Below, piece by piece: positions 61,657-64,000 of a stretch of 64,000 nt of DNA. The position numbers and the translations under genes are program-made. This DNA is from Adineta vaga (Eukaryota; Animalia; Rotifera): positions 16,058,001-16,122,000 of the forward strand of contig CP075493.1 in NCBI GenBank assembly GCA_021613535.1. The letters are read 5' to 3'. Position 1 is the stretch's first letter. The number at the start of each line of letters is the position of its first letter. The notes under the pieces are model-generated. The model saw only the letters and a list, made by a program, of their open reading frames with translations, was not told where the DNA came from and made no database searches.

Positions 61657-62889
61657 TATAATCGAAATAATTAGCTGCATAGAATTGTTAACCCACTGGC
61701 AAATGTTAAATTATTTTGGGTATTACTAACCTATGCAAACAGCACACCCACAGAACTTCATGATCTACATTTTGGCTCAATTATGTGCCATCCTCAAACA
61801 CGTTCTAACGATAAAATCTGTCAGAGACATATAAAACCGGTATACAAGCATATTTCGAGACCTACTAACACTCAAAATCTTTATCATAGTTCAGACAAAT
61901 ACTCACGCCAGCACTCTCACTAGAAACTAGGTACTATCCGAATGCCAATAGACTTCTTATTAAATTTTACGATCTATTTTACGATTTTTGTATTTATTCA
62001 ATTAAACATGATAAATCATTACGTATTATGCACTAGAGTCCGATTTATAGTGCTAATATAACTATTTTCAAGAAATGAAAAAAAACATGGGTAAAAACGA
62101 GCCGTTTTTTTGTAGTCCGACAGGAAGCGGTTTTAATGACACATGATTCAGGGTCCTATCTAATGTAATAAAAAATTAGATAGATTTACAAGAGATGGTA
62201 GTCTTATAAAAAAAAAGTGATACTTCGTAGGTGAAAATTTAGATGTCCTATATATCATAGAATCTAGTTCTAGAATGCATACATAGGACCACTCAAACAT
62301 GAAGAATTCGATTAGCACACCAGCGCGAATAAAAAGTGAAGAATTAAAGAGAGAGAGAGAGGATATGACTTTTAGAGAAGTTTTAGAAAAATTAGGATTT
62401 TGGAGGTTTAGAACCCTTCAGTATTTTGCATTTTTCTTGACGAAAACTTGATCAAAATTAAAAAAACAATACTATATTCGTGATCAGCGTGAAGAACTGC
62501 ATCTAGTTATGCATCTTTGTGCCAAAACTCGGAGATGCTGTAATTTCGCTTTAATTGCACCTTACAAATCAGGAGTATTCGAGTAATTGTATTAAGTAAG
62601 CGTACTTTAAACGAATTGTTTGATTCATTTTTATACTGATTGTCACGAATGAAAACTTGTTATTTTTGTTTCTTCTTATAGAAAACGAAATTTTATATGA
62701 CATTAGAATTATATCTGATGAGAATTACTATAGAAAGATGCGTAAGTAGAGAGGAATACGACTAAAGGTTTGAAAATAACAAATGATAATATCAGAGGGG
62801 GGAAAATTTCGATGTCTTATGAATAGTTGCTGTCAAAAAGACATACCAATAAAAACAACATTTATAATTTGATTGTGTCGACGTTCTGC

Positions 62890-64000
62890 TGGGTGTGGAT
62901 GGGCGTGTTTACAGATAAGAAAATAATTCGAAGCAATCATACGATCGCGATTTAGTCACTTGTTCGGCTAGTTTGCTGATTCTGAAGATAGAAGAAAGAA
63001 GTTTATAATATATGAATGATGCATTACTTGTCGTCAATAGGTAATAGATGATCAGGCTTGGTTTGGATGTTTGTATATGTGAATGTGTATAATCTAAAAA
63101 GGATTACATAGATGTGTTGATGAAGAGATGGAAGGTAGAATGATAGATGAGTAACAGAGGAATAATAAATGGGTTTTATTTGAAGAAAAAAAAGTAAAAG
63201 TCTTTGTGTTGGTAAAGGAAAAAGTAGGAGGAATTGTACATTAGTATTGAATGAGAGAGGAAAAGTGTTTTTTGTTGAAATTTAAATGCAGAAATGATAT
63301 TAGTTTTCTGTTGATTCTATTTTGGTTAGTATTTCTCTTGATGGTTTTTTATGAATTAAGTATTGTTCAAGTGTTCGATTGGTGTTTCCTATCAGAAGAA
63401 TGCGTACATTATTCAGATCATTGGGGCCATATTTAAAATGTTTATTCCACCATTGATTGAATTGTTTTGGAAAGTGTGTTGTTAGAGCACTATCATATTT
63501 ATATTTTACATACATAATTGATTTATTCCATGGTTTTTTTTGTAAGACAGCAGGATATTGAATTGGATCTTTTATCGAGGCATTCAGTTGTTTTTTACGT
63601 CGTGAAGGTTTATGTAGTACTTCATGATGTAATCGTTGATAGATATCTGTATCTAATTGTTCTAAGACAGGAAGTGCATTGTAGTTGTGAAAAAAGTTTT
63701 TAAATTGGTAAGTGATAAATCTTGGTGGATAATTATTTAATAAGAGAGACATGTCAATACGAATACGTTCTGTAATAAAGTCTTCGACATGCGAACAAAG
63801 ACGAGCTGCACGTAATAAAGCTGTATATGGTATATTACGATGAATATGACGTGGATGATCTGATGTATAAAGTAATATATATGGTTCGGCAGTTGGTTTA
63901 TGATAGATCGATGTTCGTAATTGACCATTTTCATTAGTAATTGATACATCGAGAAAATTGACTGACAAACTAATTTCTGGTGTTATCTTAATATTAATAT
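62890..64000 (-). mobile_element. 3' part of an Athena-like retroelement (RT thumb/C-terminus, no GIY-YIG), continuing past the window edge
   Basis: VNFLDVSI..NGQLRTSIYHKPTAEPYIL.YTSDHPRHIHRNIP...LIHKKPSREIL*. No endonuclease follows. CACGCCCATCCACACCC lies ~400 nt downstream on the sense strand. Confidence 0.85.

Noticed and set aside
62715-62736. CTGATGA...GAAA hammerhead-like core
   Set aside because: The intervening bases cannot form stem II and no stem I/III pairing is evident.
1-64000. Prokaryotic operons, promoters, terminators or contamination
   Set aside because: Spliceosomal introns and eukaryotic TEs occur throughout; bacterial-like domains are embedded in or between intron-containing genes.

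Overview
This is AT-rich eukaryotic DNA with very short (~47-60 nt) GT-AG introns, so the ORF track (which also allows TTG/GTG starts) fragments most real genes. The gene families, Athena-like and Penelope retroelements, and TGTGGG/TGAGGG repeats point to a bdelloid rotifer, probably an accessory region rich in transposons and foreign genes (inference, not a database result). Genes: an EGF+7TM GPCR-like gene and an internally deleted paralog, two R-S-E ADP-ribosyltransferase (ART) genes, an Erf4/GOLGA7-like gene, a 16-exon F-box/LRR gene largely missed by the ORF track, a secreted NHL protein, a small Cys-rich secreted peptide, a neprilysin (M13), a truncated bacterial/fungal-type GST and three FG-GAP/VCBS membrane proteins. 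Mobile DNA: Penelope RT+GIY-YIG, two Athena-like RT relics, a solo LTR, a Tc1/mariner-type element with ~206-bp TIRs, a 675-bp foldback palindrome, several MITEs and a tRNA-like element. Best leads: (1) a dispersed family of ~60-90-bp hairpins built from inverted telomere-like repeats around a conserved core (about 10 copies); (2) a 12.5-kb gene with three tandem TM-Cys-rich-TM units plus an FG-GAP propeller, resembling a pre-concatenated DEG/ENaC-like trimer; (3) a spliced ART-TM-FG-GAP 'receptor ADP-ribosyltransferase'; (4) FG-GAP propellers reused as phase-1 terminal exon cassettes. All exon models were read by eye and need RNA-seq confirmation.
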